Positions 19,287 to 29,874 of a DNA stretch of 64,000 nt are shown in pieces. Every line of letters begins with the position of its first letter. The stretch's first letter is position 1. The DNA lies in assembly GCA_965238305.1 (NCBI GenBank), contig CBDEHK010000001.1, positions 893,717 to 957,716 of the forward strand, in the 5' to 3' direction. The DNA comes from Alphaproteobacteria bacterium. Lineage in GTDB: Bacteria; Pseudomonadota; Alphaproteobacteria; GCA-2731375. Both the position numbers and the translations under genes were made by a program. The notes beneath the pieces were generated by a model. It was not told where the DNA came from. It did not search any database and was given only the letters and a program-made list of their open reading frames with translations.

Positions 19287-21095
19287 ATGGTTACCACAGT
19301 TAACGGCTCAGACCTTGACGATTTGATCACATTATCCGGCGATACCGCTTTCGAAGCCAACGGCATGGGCGGCGACGATACTTTTGTTACCACGGCCGGT
19401 AATTACGGCGCCGCGACGATTACCGGCGGCACCGGCGATGATAGCGTCGATATCGGCACCGGCGATTTGTTGTTTTACGGCAACCAGGGCGCCGACGACC
19501 TATATATCGCCAGCGGCAATGTCTCTCTATTCGGCGGGCAGGGTAACGACATCATGGAAGTTCATACTTCCGGTTCGGGCGTCATCTACGGCAACAAGGG
19601 CGATGACGACATCATCGCCATCAATTGGGCTGGCGACGTCTTCGCCGGCACCGGCGACGACAGCGTCACCGTGACCGGGGTCGGTAATTTCGCTGTCCAT
19701 GTCGATCTCGGCGACGGCGACGACACGTTCTTCGCCTCCGATCACGGCAATCTCAACGTCGTCGGCGGCAGCGGCGACGATTCCATCAGCCTCGACAACA
19801 ATGTCGTCAACGCGGTGGTCTATGGCAACCAAGGCCATGACAGCATTTATGCCCTTTCCAACAGCGCCACGACGATCTTTGGCGGTCAGGGCAACGACAC
19901 CATCTTCCTGAGCGGCGGTTCCTTCACCGGCGATTTGCACGGCAATAAGGGCGATGATTCAATTACGGCGGACACCATTGTCGGCAATGTCAATCTGGGG
20001 ACCGGCAATGATACGCTCTACATGACCGGCGACCTGACCGGTGATTTGATGGCCGGCAGCGGCAATGACAGCGTTTACAATAACAACGATTCTATCAATG
20101 GTGATGTCGACCTTGGTGCGGGCGATGACACCTTGAGGGCCGATCATATCAATGGCAATGTTACCGCTGGCGCTGGCAGTGACAGTGTCTGGTCCGACCA
20201 AGGCACGGTCGGCGATGTCGATCTGGGTGACGGCGACAATCTGTATTTCGTCCACAACAACAACCACACCGGCAATATTACCGCCGGTTCCGGCGCCGAC
20301 AGTGTCGGCATTTCAACTGGCTCCATTGTCGGCGATGTCGACCTCGGTGCTGGCAATGATACCTTAAATGTTGGCGCAGGGCTTACCGGCGAAGCGTTTG
20401 GCGGCGAGGGCGAAGACACCCTCCGGGCCGGATTTTTGGACGGCGCCGTCTATGGCAATCAGGGCAACGACAGCATCACCCTGGGGGCCAGCGGCACCGC
20501 CGAGGCGGCAGCCTATGGCGGTCAAGACAACGACATATTTTATCTCTTTGGCACCGGCACCGCCACCGCCTTCGGCAACAAGGGTGATGATTCGATGTTT
20601 CTGGATACCGGCGACCATATCGCCCATGGCGGCAGCGGTGCCGACACTATCCTTGCCGGCAGCGGCGCCAGTCTGATCTACGGCAACCAGGACGGCGATA
20701 GGATCTCCGCCGGTGGCGGCAACGATACCATCTATGGCGGTCAGGGTAATGACACTATCATTCATACTACGACCGGCGGTAATGAAGTGGTCGCCGGCAA
20801 CAAGGGCGCTGATCTGTTCATGGCGTCGTTCAATAATACGGCGGCATCGGTGACCGGTGGCGGGGATCTGACGATTATGGATTTCTCCACCTCGGATACC
20901 CTTAATATCACCGGCACCAGCGGTGGCGGGGTGACGGTGAATATGGTTGTCGTATCGGAAACCGGCACGGTCGTCGGTGGTGATGTTCTGTTGGTTATGG
21001 GCGCGGTGACGATCACGTTGGAAGGCATTGGCGACGGCACCATGAACGATCTGTTCGATCTGGCGGGCGCAGGTTTCACGATCACGCTGGCCTAA
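19287..21095 (+). CDS. RTX-type Ca-binding surface protein, paralog 2
   Basis: Same N-terminus MVTTVNGSDL and C-terminus TITLEGIGDGT...TITLA; RTX repeats. Confidence 0.88.
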   Translation: MVTTVNGSDLDDLITLSGDTAFEANGMGGDDTFVTTAGNYGAATITGGTGDDSVDIGTGDLLFYGNQGADDLYIASGNVSLFGGQGNDIMEVHTSGSGVIYGNKGDDDIIAINWAGDVFAGTGDDSVTVTGVGNFAVHVDLGDGDDTFFASDHGNLNVVGGSGDDSISLDNNVVNAVVYGNQGHDSIYALSNSATTIFGGQGNDTIFLSGGSFTGDLHGNKGDDSITADTIVGNVNLGTGNDTLYMTGDLTGDLMAGSGNDSVYNNNDSINGDVDLGAGDDTLRADHINGNVTAGAGSDSVWSDQGTVGDVDLGDGDNLYFVHNNNHTGNITAGSGADSVGISTGSIVGDVDLGAGNDTLNVGAGLTGEAFGGEGEDTLRAGFLDGAVYGNQGNDSITLGASGTAEAAAYGGQDNDIFYLFGTGTATAFGNKGDDSMFLDTGDHIAHGGSGADTILAGSGASLIYGNQDGDRISAGGGNDTIYGGQGNDTIIHTTTGGNEVVAGNKGADLFMASFNNTAASVTGGGDLTIMDFSTSDTLNITGTSGGGVTVNMVVVSETGTVVGGDVLLVMGAVTITLEGIGDGTMNDLFDLAGAGFTITLA

Positions 21096-21117
21096 AACAA
21101 CGAACGCAGTTGCTTCG

Positions 21118-21149
21118 AAAGGGCTGGGAGAAATCCCGGCCCTTTTTTT
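21118..21149 (+). terminator. Rho-independent terminator
   Basis: AAAGGGCTGGGA-GAAA-TCCCGGCCCTTTTTTT. Confidence 0.9.
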
Positions 21150-21420
21150 GTTTTTTTAGTCATTATGGTTAAACTTCAAACTTCACCAAATCTCAACCTT
21201 ATTACGCATATGAATCAATTTTTACGAGTGTATTTGACGCGTTGCTTTATCCGCACTCATTAGTAAAAAGTAATGTAAAATTAAGCAGTTACAACAATAT
21301 ACGAAATTAAGCTTGATCATTAACCATATCCCGATCATACTGCCAGCGATTCAATTTGTGCTGGTGGATTGGGCGTGTTGCCGTTTCCGCAAAGTTTAAT
21401 AGAAACCGGAGAACAATAAT

Positions 21421-23232
21421 ATGGTTACGACAGTTAACGGCTCAGACCTTGCTGATCTCATTACGCTAGCCGGCGATACGTCTTATGAAGCCAACGGCAT
21501 GGGCGGCGACGATACATTCGTTACGACGGCGGGGAATTTTGGCGCGGCGACGATTACCGGCGGCACCGGCGACGATTCGATTTCTTTGGGGACCGGATCG
21601 GCGCTTATTTATGGTAATGAAGGCGACGCCGATATTTATGTTGATGAAGGCGACGCCGATATTTATGGCGGCCAAGGCAACGACACAATTTCGATATCGA
21701 CCGGTGCCGGCACTCTGCAGGGCAACAACGGCGATGACAGCATCAACGCATGGGTTTGGAATGGCGATATATCTGGTGGCGCTGGCGACGACGTTATTGG
21801 CGCGTCTTCGACCGGCAATTTTTCACTTAATATAAGCGGTGGCGATGGCGCCGATAGTGTCCAAGTCTGGAACGCTGCGGCGGTTGAAGTGACCGGCGGC
21901 ACTGGTGACGACACCATTAAAATCAACAATACAGTCGACGACGCGACGGTTTACGGTAATCAAGGTAATGACACCGTCCTACTGGAAGCCATATCTGCAG
22001 TCGCGGTTTTTGGCGGCCAGGGCAATGACGTAATTGCAGCTACTGGTAAGCTCACCGGCGATATTTTTGGTAACAAAGGTGACGATGATATTGATGTTCT
22101 TGCCGTTGTCGGCAACATCGATTTGGGAACGGGTGACAATTTTCTTACCGCGGTGGGCAATGTAACCGGCGACATAAGCGGTGCTAGCGGTGCCGATTCT
22201 GTCGACGTGCAAGGCAAATTAGTCGGCGATGCCGACCTGGGCGATGGCGACAACACCTTCAGAGCCAATACCATGACCGGTAACATTACGGGCGGTGCTG
22301 GTGCCGATGCGGTTAATATTGACACGGGCAAAATGGTTGGCGATGTCGATCTGGGCGACGGCGCCAATAAGTTGACCGTCGCAGGCGCGATGACCGGCAA
22401 TTATTCCGGCGGTACCGGTGTTGACGCCGTGAAAATCGTGGGCGCTTACGCGGGCGATGTAATGCTGGGTGATGGTGCTGACGTATTTACCGCGAGCAAC
22501 GTTTTTGCCGGTAATCTCCATGGTGGTGCCGGTAACGATGTCCTGAAACTCGGAACGAACGTTAGCGGTGCCGTCTACGGTAACCAAGGCGAAGATATTA
22601 TCACGGGCACGGCGACAGGCACTAATTCGTTAGGAATATATGGCGGTCAAGGCAATGATGACATCGGTGTCGGTGGTGCCGGCAATGTTGTTGTGCATGG
22701 CAATAAAGGTGACGACTTAATCGGAATCTTTAACGGTGACCATGAAGCGCATGGCGGCAGCGGTGCGGACAATATTATCGATGGCAGTGGTGCCGCGCTT
22801 ATCTACGGTAACCAGGACGGCGACATGATTGATGCCGGTGCTGGTAATGACATGATCTTTGGCGGTCAAGGCGACGATACCATCGTTCTCGGCAAGTCAG
22901 ACGGCACCGACATGCTTTATGGTAACAAGGGCGCTGATTTGTTCTCGGTTACCGTGGCGACGACAGGCAATGTAGCAGTTACTGCCGCTGGGAAAATTAC
23001 GATTGGCGATTTCTCAACCGAAGATACGCTTCTGATTGATGGCACCGGCGCGAGCAACGCGTTGGTGACCGTGAATATGATCACAGTCGCCGATAGCGGA
23101 AAGACTACAGCCGTGGGTGATGTAACCCTCAGCTTTGCGACCGGCACCATCACCCTAGAAGGCATTGGTGATGGCACCTTGACCGATCTGTTTGCCCTCG
23201 CTGGGGCGGGCTATACGATTACGCTGGCGTAA
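21421..23232 (+). CDS. RTX-type Ca-binding surface protein, paralog 3
   Basis: Same termini and repeat architecture; GGAG RBS. Confidence 0.88.
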   Translation: MVTTVNGSDLADLITLAGDTSYEANGMGGDDTFVTTAGNFGAATITGGTGDDSISLGTGSALIYGNEGDADIYVDEGDADIYGGQGNDTISISTGAGTLQGNNGDDSINAWVWNGDISGGAGDDVIGASSTGNFSLNISGGDGADSVQVWNAAAVEVTGGTGDDTIKINNTVDDATVYGNQGNDTVLLEAISAVAVFGGQGNDVIAATGKLTGDIFGNKGDDDIDVLAVVGNIDLGTGDNFLTAVGNVTGDISGASGADSVDVQGKLVGDADLGDGDNTFRANTMTGNITGGAGADAVNIDTGKMVGDVDLGDGANKLTVAGAMTGNYSGGTGVDAVKIVGAYAGDVMLGDGADVFTASNVFAGNLHGGAGNDVLKLGTNVSGAVYGNQGEDIITGTATGTNSLGIYGGQGNDDIGVGGAGNVVVHGNKGDDLIGIFNGDHEAHGGSGADNIIDGSGAALIYGNQDGDMIDAGAGNDMIFGGQGDDTIVLGKSDGTDMLYGNKGADLFSVTVATTGNVAVTAAGKITIGDFSTEDTLLIDGTGASNALVTVNMITVADSGKTTAVGDVTLSFATGTITLEGIGDGTLTDLFALAGAGYTITLA

Positions 23233-23271
23233 CCACTGGCGTAAAATGAAGTAATTGCAGTTGCTTCATGG

Positions 23272-23303
23272 AAAGGGCTGGGAGAAATCCCGGCCCTTTT
23301 TTT
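23272..23303 (+). terminator. Rho-independent terminator, identical to that of paralog 2
   Basis: AAAGGGCTGGGAGAAATCCCGGCCCTTTTTTT. Confidence 0.9.
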
Positions 23304-23420
23304 GTTGACGTTCTTTTGCTTGTGTCGACTTGGCAAGAAGCGGTAAATATGTCCGATGTTGAGACGCCGGGACGATGGCCGCCTAGTTGTCTTTGTTGTT
23401 GGTTTGAGGAAAATAAATAG

Positions 23421-25286
23421 ATGGCAAAACGACAGGATGCGGCGCAACTCGTCCGTCAGATTGAACAGAAAATTCAAACCGGCGATCGCGCCAGCGCCCG
23501 CAAACTCTATCGCCAGATCGGCCGCCAGGTGGTCAAAAACCCGAAACTGCTGCAGCAAATCGGCGCCCTGGCGTAACAATGTGACGACTTTCGCCCGGCT
23601 ATTGAATATTGGCGTCAGGCCAGTTTGCTGGCGCCAAAAAACGCCATGCTGTTCAGTCAAATGGGCGTCGCCTGGCGCAAACTTGAACGCTTGGAAGAAG
23701 CCAAACAACAACATTTAAAAGCGGTGGCGCTGGCGCCGGAACAGGCGGTCATTCACAACAATCTTGGCAATACCCTGCGCGATCTGAAAGAAGCCGAAGC
23801 CGCCGAGCGCCATTTCCTCGAAGCAATCCGCCTCAGCCCCGAATACCATCAAGCGCATGCGAACCTGGGCAATATTTTCCTCGATCGGGAAGAATTTGCG
23901 GCAGCGGAGAAACATTATCGCCGGGCCTTGGATCTCGACAAAAGCTATCTCAGCGCTTGGGCCGATCTTGGCAATGTCTATCGCTTGCAGGATAAGTTTC
24001 CCGCCGCCATCCAATGTTTCCGCAAAGCCCTGGCAATCAATCCGAATTATGCCCCGGCCTATCTGAACCTGGCGGCCACTTTGCGACGCACCGGGCGCCT
24101 GGATGGTACCGAAGATATGCATCGCAAGGCCCTTGAGCTTGACCCCGGATTGGCGGAAGCCTGGGTGGCGGTGGCGAACGATATTCAGCAGACCGGCGAC
24201 GACGATGAAGCGGTGCGCTACTTACGCAAAGCAATGGACCTTAATCCGAAGCTGACCTCGCCCTATCTGACTCTGGCCTCGATCCAGCATATTGGCCTCA
24301 GCAAAGACGAAATCGATAGGGCGGAGAACCGCTTGACGGGCGAACAGATGAAGTCCGACGAACGCTCCACCCTGCATTTCGCGTTGGCGCGGGCCTATGA
24401 AGCAGAAAAAGAATATGATGCCGCTTTTCGGCATGCCGCGGCGGCCAACCATATCGACCACGCGTTGGTGGATTATGATGCCGAGGCCAACCGCGCCTTC
24501 ACCCAGCGCACAATGGAAATCTACAATCCGGAATTTTATGCCGCGCGACAGGATTTTGGCGTCGATGACAATCGCCCGATCTTGGTCTTGGGGCTGCCGC
24601 GCTCCGGCACCACCTTGGTGGAGCAGATCCTGGCCAGCCATCCGGAGGTGTTTGGGGCGGGCGAATTGGTGGATTTTCCCGATGCGCAGAAAACCATCGC
24701 CGCAACCTTGGTAAAGCCGAAGACCGGACCGGATTTTGTGTTTGATTTGACGGCGGGAAATGCGGAAGAAATCGCCTTTGAATACCAAAGGTTATTACGG
24801 ACCCGAGATGAAAATTCACCGCGCATCACCGACAAACTACCGTTCAATTTCCGCCAGCTCGGGCTATTTCATCTGTTGTTTCCAAAGGCCAAAATTGTCC
24901 ATTGCCGGCGCGATCCCCGGGACGTGGCGATTTCATGCTATTTCCTGAAATTCACCAAACCGATATCTTTTGCTTACGATCTCAACGATTTCGCAACCTA
25001 TTACGAGCAATATTTACGCTTGATGGAGCATTGGAAAAGCCTATTCCCGGACGCGATTTACGATATTCGCTACGAAGAGCTGGTCGAGAATAAGGAGCAG
25101 AAAACCAGGGAAATGATCGATTTTGTTGGTCTACCTTGGAACGATAGCTGTTTGGACCACCAGAATACCCAACGCGAAATCAAAACGGCAAGCAGCTGGC
25201 AGGTTAGGCAGCCGGTTTACAAAACCTCTGTCGAACGCTGGCGGCGCTATGAAAAACATATTGAACCAATCCTTCATCTGCAATAA
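23421..25286 (+). pseudogene. TPR-repeat sulfotransferase with in-frame TAA at codon 52 (23574-23576); intact downstream ORF 23625..25286
   Basis: GAGG-preceded ATG 23421 is in frame with the ORF; TPRs, GLPRSGTTLVEQIL, DKLPFNF, TASSWQVRQP. Confidence 0.65.
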
Positions 25287-25374
25287 TTAAGGCATCTACA
25301 GCCAAGCGCCGCAACTTTGGTGGCGCTGGGGTATTCGCCGAAAAATCAATCGGCAAGGTTTCTGGAAATTCGTA

Positions 25375-27177
25375 ATGAACCAAGCGCAAACAAAACAAGC
25401 TGATCCCTTTGACGCAAAATTGCAGAAAAATGCGGAACGCTACAAAAACAAGGCCTATCACGAAGGGCTAGCGATTGCCGAGACCCTGGTATCGCAATTT
25501 CCCCGCAAGCCTCAGGCGTGGGATCAAAAGGGCATGTTTCAACGTGCCCTTGGCGACCATCTAGCGGCAAAACAGTCGTTTGAAAAAGCCCGCGATCTTG
25601 ATCCCAAGTCGGCCGACTTTCATGATCACCTGGCAATTGCTCTGCGGGCCTTGGGGAAGCGCGAAGCGGCGGTCGAGAGTTATGAAAAAGCCCTGGCGAT
25701 CGATACCAATCGAGCCATCACCTGGGGCAATATGGGCAATGTGTTGCGCGATCTCAAGCGCGATCAAGAAGCCTTGGATGCGTATGAAAAAGCTGTCGAG
25801 CTGACGCCGAAAGCGGCCAATATGCGGGTCATGTACGCGCAGGCATTGATCGGTATGGACAAGCCTGAGGACGGCTTGAAACAAGCTTTGGAAGCGATCA
25901 AATTAGATCCTGACAATGCTTCTGCCCATTCAGAAATTGGCTGCGCCCATCTACAATTGGGACAGTATGACGATGCCATCGTGGCACTGAACCGATCGAT
26001 CGAATTGAACCCGAACGTGCATGGTGTACACCATAATTTGGCCACTGTGTATCAGCAAACCGGAGTTCTGGATAAAGCCACCGAATGTTACCGTGAGGCG
26101 CTGAAGATCAATCCAAGTTTTGGACCGGCCCAACGCCAGCTTTCATCGATTACCAAATTCGAAGCCGGTGATGCGAAACTGGACGAATTAGAAGCCATGG
26201 CAAAGTCCGTCGGACTGGAGGAAAGCCAGCGCGCCGACGTTTATTTCACTTTGGCCAAGGCTTACGACGATACCAAAGAATTTGACAAAGCCTTCCCCTA
26301 TCTTCAGAACGCCAATCAAATCGTCCGAAAAGACATCGAGTATGACAGCAAGACGAACGCCAATTTCGTCAATCGCATCATCGATACCTACTCAACGGAA
26401 TTTTTCGAAAGCCATCAAGGCCAAGGGGCTTCCAGCCATGTGCCGGTGTTCATTGTCGGCATGCCGCGTTCCGGCACGACGTTGACGGAGCAGATTATTT
26501 CCAGCCATCCGGAGGTTTTTGGGGCCGGTGAGTTGATGAAAATGAGCGAGCTGACCAGCCAAATGCAGAAAGATTTTGGTTTAAAAGGCCGCTATCCGGA
26601 ATGCGCCGGCGAAGCCAGCGAAGGGAATTTGCTGAGTTTTGCCGGGAATTATCTGGACCATCTGCGGGAATTTGACGGCAAAGCCCATCGGGTTACCGAC
26701 AAAATGCCCTTCAATTACCGCATGCTCGGCTTGATATCGGTAATATTTCCGAACGCAAAGATCGTCCATTGCCGCCGCCACCCCTACGACATCATCATTT
26801 CTTGTTATTTCGCACGCTTTAAGGAACAACTGGCGTTCAGTTACAATCTATTGGAAGCGGCCCGATATGTCCGCGACTATGAACGCCTGATGGATCATTG
26901 GCGGCAAACTCTGCCGATCCCAATTTATGAAACCCGCTATGACGAATTGGTTACCGATCAGGAACAAAAAAGTCGCGAGATAATCGAATTTTGTGGTTTG
27001 CAATGGGATGACGCATGTTTGCAATTCCATGAAAACAAGCGACCGGTATTGACCGCGAGCAACTGGCAAGTGCGTCAGCCGATGTATTCGTCCTCTGTTG
27101 AACGTTGGCGGAACTATGAAAAATTCCTGGCCCCATTGCAGACGGTTCTGGGACCACCGGAAGTGATCTATCCGTAA
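25375..27177 (+). CDS. TPR-repeat sulfotransferase
   Basis: TPRs followed by GMPRSGTTLTEQII, DKMPFNY, TASNWQVRQP. Confidence 0.92.
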   Translation: MNQAQTKQADPFDAKLQKNAERYKNKAYHEGLAIAETLVSQFPRKPQAWDQKGMFQRALGDHLAAKQSFEKARDLDPKSADFHDHLAIALRALGKREAAVESYEKALAIDTNRAITWGNMGNVLRDLKRDQEALDAYEKAVELTPKAANMRVMYAQALIGMDKPEDGLKQALEAIKLDPDNASAHSEIGCAHLQLGQYDDAIVALNRSIELNPNVHGVHHNLATVYQQTGVLDKATECYREALKINPSFGPAQRQLSSITKFEAGDAKLDELEAMAKSVGLEESQRADVYFTLAKAYDDTKEFDKAFPYLQNANQIVRKDIEYDSKTNANFVNRIIDTYSTEFFESHQGQGASSHVPVFIVGMPRSGTTLTEQIISSHPEVFGAGELMKMSELTSQMQKDFGLKGRYPECAGEASEGNLLSFAGNYLDHLREFDGKAHRVTDKMPFNYRMLGLISVIFPNAKIVHCRRHPYDIIISCYFARFKEQLAFSYNLLEAARYVRDYERLMDHWRQTLPIPIYETRYDELVTDQEQKSREIIEFCGLQWDDACLQFHENKRPVLTASNWQVRQPMYSSSVERWRNYEKFLAPLQTVLGPPEVIYP

Positions 27178-27292
27178 TCGATGGTACCAAATATCCCTTA
27201 TGATAGGCCAGCAAATGCTTGCTTATTAGCGGGATTTTGTGCATGTTCCGCCAGCATTATCGTATGAACGCCGGCCAACTTTTTAGGTAGAA

Positions 27293-29803
27293 ATGTCGCA
27301 AAATAATCAACAAGAAGTAAGTTCGTTGAAGGCGGATCTGTCGTCCCAGATCGCGCAAGCCAAGTCGCTTCGCGATGCTGGTGAAAATGCTGCGGCTGAA
27401 GTTGAGCTGCGCCGCTAGCTGCGCGAATATCCTGAAGACACTGATATATTACGGGCGATCGGAAAAGTTGCGCAAACCGGGCAACGGTTCGACGAAGCGC
27501 TGGATTTCATGTCGCGCGCCTTGCGGGTCGCGCCAAAGGATGCCGGCACGTTGGCTGATCTTAGTCATCTGCATTTTGTCATGGGCAACCTGCCGCACGC
27601 CGAACATTTTGCCCGCCGCGCCTATCGTGCCGATAACAACTCGGCCCATGCGGTTAAGACTTTGGGCGATGTATTGGCGACCAAAGGCGAGCTTGACGAT
27701 GCGGAAAAGTGTTATCGCCGGGCCATTCGCTTCAATAACGAATATGCCGAAGCGCATAACAATATTGGCAACGTGTTTCGCCAGCAAAACAAAACCAAAT
27801 ATGCGGAACAGGCTTTCCGGCGGGCCATTGAGTTGGATGTTAAACTTGTTCAGGCGCATAGCAATCTCGGCGTCTTGATGATCGAAGCGGAGAAGCCGGA
27901 AGAGGCGTTGGTCCATTTCCAGAAATCTATCGAAGTCGGCGCCGGCACCCAGACAATCTATCGCAACATGGCAAAAGCGTTTGTCGGTTTGGACCGGGTC
28001 GACGACGCCATTGACTTGCTTCGATCGAACCTGTCGAACCTCGTCGGTGATGTTCCCAATCTTATTCAAATCGCTGAATTGGAAATCACCAAAGAAGAGT
28101 TCGAACAGGCAGCCGAGACCCTTAATCAAGTGTTGGAACTGGACCCGGCGGTGAACCAACCGCATATCCTGTTATGTAGCCTTTACCGCAAGACCGGCGA
28201 ATTTGAGCAATCGATCCAGCATGGCCGGCAGGCGGTGGAAATTGAGCCGGATAATGGCGATACCCATGTCGGCCTCGCGCGTGTCCTGGCGGAAACCGGT
28301 GCGATCGACGATGCGGAAATTCATTTCCTGCGTGCCCTGGCCTTGGACGAAGATAATATTGTCGCCCATATCGGGATCGCGGCGATCGAAGAAAGCAAAG
28401 AAAACAACAAGGAAGCGGAAGAGCATTATCAAAATGCCCTCAAGCTTGATCCAGACAATGTTTTTGCCGCCGTTAGTCTTAGTCATTTTTATACCAAGCT
28501 CGGACGCTACGCCAAAGCCCGCGACCTGCTCGAACCGATGCTTGAAAGTCAGGTCGATTCTGAACGCGTACATTTGAATTACGCCAGCGTCATGCTGGAA
28601 CTGAACGAATATGAAAAAGCCCGGGTTCATATCGACCGCGCCCTTGAAATCAAACCCGAATACCCTGAAGCGCAGGTTAATTTGGGTATCTGGCATCAGC
28701 AAATGGGCAATTTGGACGCTGCCAACAGCGCCTATCTGGAGGCGCTGGAAATCCGACCGGAATTTCCTGAAGCCCTTTTTGCCCTTTGTTATTTGAGCGC
28801 TGATCTGCCGAGCGATGAATTGATTGAAAGTATGAAGACTTTGGCGGCGCGGGAAAGTCTGGCCGAACATCATCTAAGTACGCTTTCTTTTGCGATCGGG
28901 ACGTCGCTCGATCGCCGGGGCGAAACGAAAGAAGCGTTTGAATATTTGGCTAAAGGAAACGCCATTGAGCATGGCAAAGCAAAATTCGACTTGCCGGCCT
29001 TTGTGAAGAGCATCGATCAGACGATTGAAACCTTTACGCCCGAGTTCCACAGCCAGCGCGAAGGTTTTGGCAGCAGCTCGAAGATTCCAATTTTTGTCAT
29101 CGGGCTGCCGCGATCTGGTACCACCTTGGTGGAACAGATCATTTCCAGCCATCCGAATGTGTTCGGCGCTGGCGAACTGGCCCAGGTGGCTGAAATTGCC
29201 CGCCGCGTTCCGGAAATCAATCAATCCAAACGAAGTTTTCCGGAAGGGGCTGTAGATCTGAATGAAGCCGACATCCTTAGACTGGCCGGGGGATATCTTC
29301 GATATTTGCGCGGCATCAGTGGTGGTAGCGAACGTGTAACCGACAAAATGCCGTTCAATTATACTCGCGTCGGGCTGATAAAATTATTGTTCCCGGAAGC
29401 TAAAATAATCTGTTGTGATCGGGATCCGAAAGATATTTTCATTTCCGGCTACGGTTTGAAATTCAAAACTCCGATTGCGTTTACCAGCAATCAGGAAGAA
29501 TTCGCCGGTGTTTACAAGCAATTCCGGCGTTTGATGCAGCATTGGGACGATTTATTTCCGAATGCTATTCAGTATATTCAATACGAAAAATTGGTGCAGA
29601 ACCAGGAAGCCGTCAGTCGCGAGATATTGGCACACTGTAATCTTGAATGGGATGATAGTTGCCTCGAATTCTACAATTCCAAGCGCCCTGTAAAAACCGG
29701 CAGTAACGTGTCTGTCCGCAAACCGATGTCGGAGCAGTCGATCGGTCGTTGGCAACGCTACGAGGAATTCCTCGGACCGCTGGTCGCAGAATTGGCGAAA
29801 TAG
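27293..29803 (+). pseudogene. TPR-repeat sulfotransferase with in-frame TAG at codon 42 (27416-27418); intact downstream ORF 27509..29803
   Basis: ATG 27293 is in frame with the ORF and TPR-like sequence continues across the stop (ELRR*LREYPEDTDILRAIG); GLPRSGTTLVEQII. Confidence 0.62.
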
Positions 29804-29874
29804 ATCGCCGTTCTGTTGTCGCCAATTGTATATGTTAACGACCCAAGTGTCGTTGAAAAGAAAGTCGAATTAAC

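Noticed and set aside
17331-23232. Diversity-generating retroelement or shufflon acting on the RTX paralogs
   Set aside because: No reverse transcriptase or invertase in the window, differences do not look adenine-specific, and all genes are co-oriented
23224-23576. CTGGCGTAA occurs twice at the RTX3 stop (23224, 23236) and again at the premature stop (23568)
   Set aside because: A 9-mer of common codons plus stop; no mechanism can be supported
23574-27418. Genome-wide stop-codon reassignment or pyrrolysine explaining the in-frame stops
   Set aside because: The two stops differ (TAA and TAG), and both codons terminate many normal genes in this window
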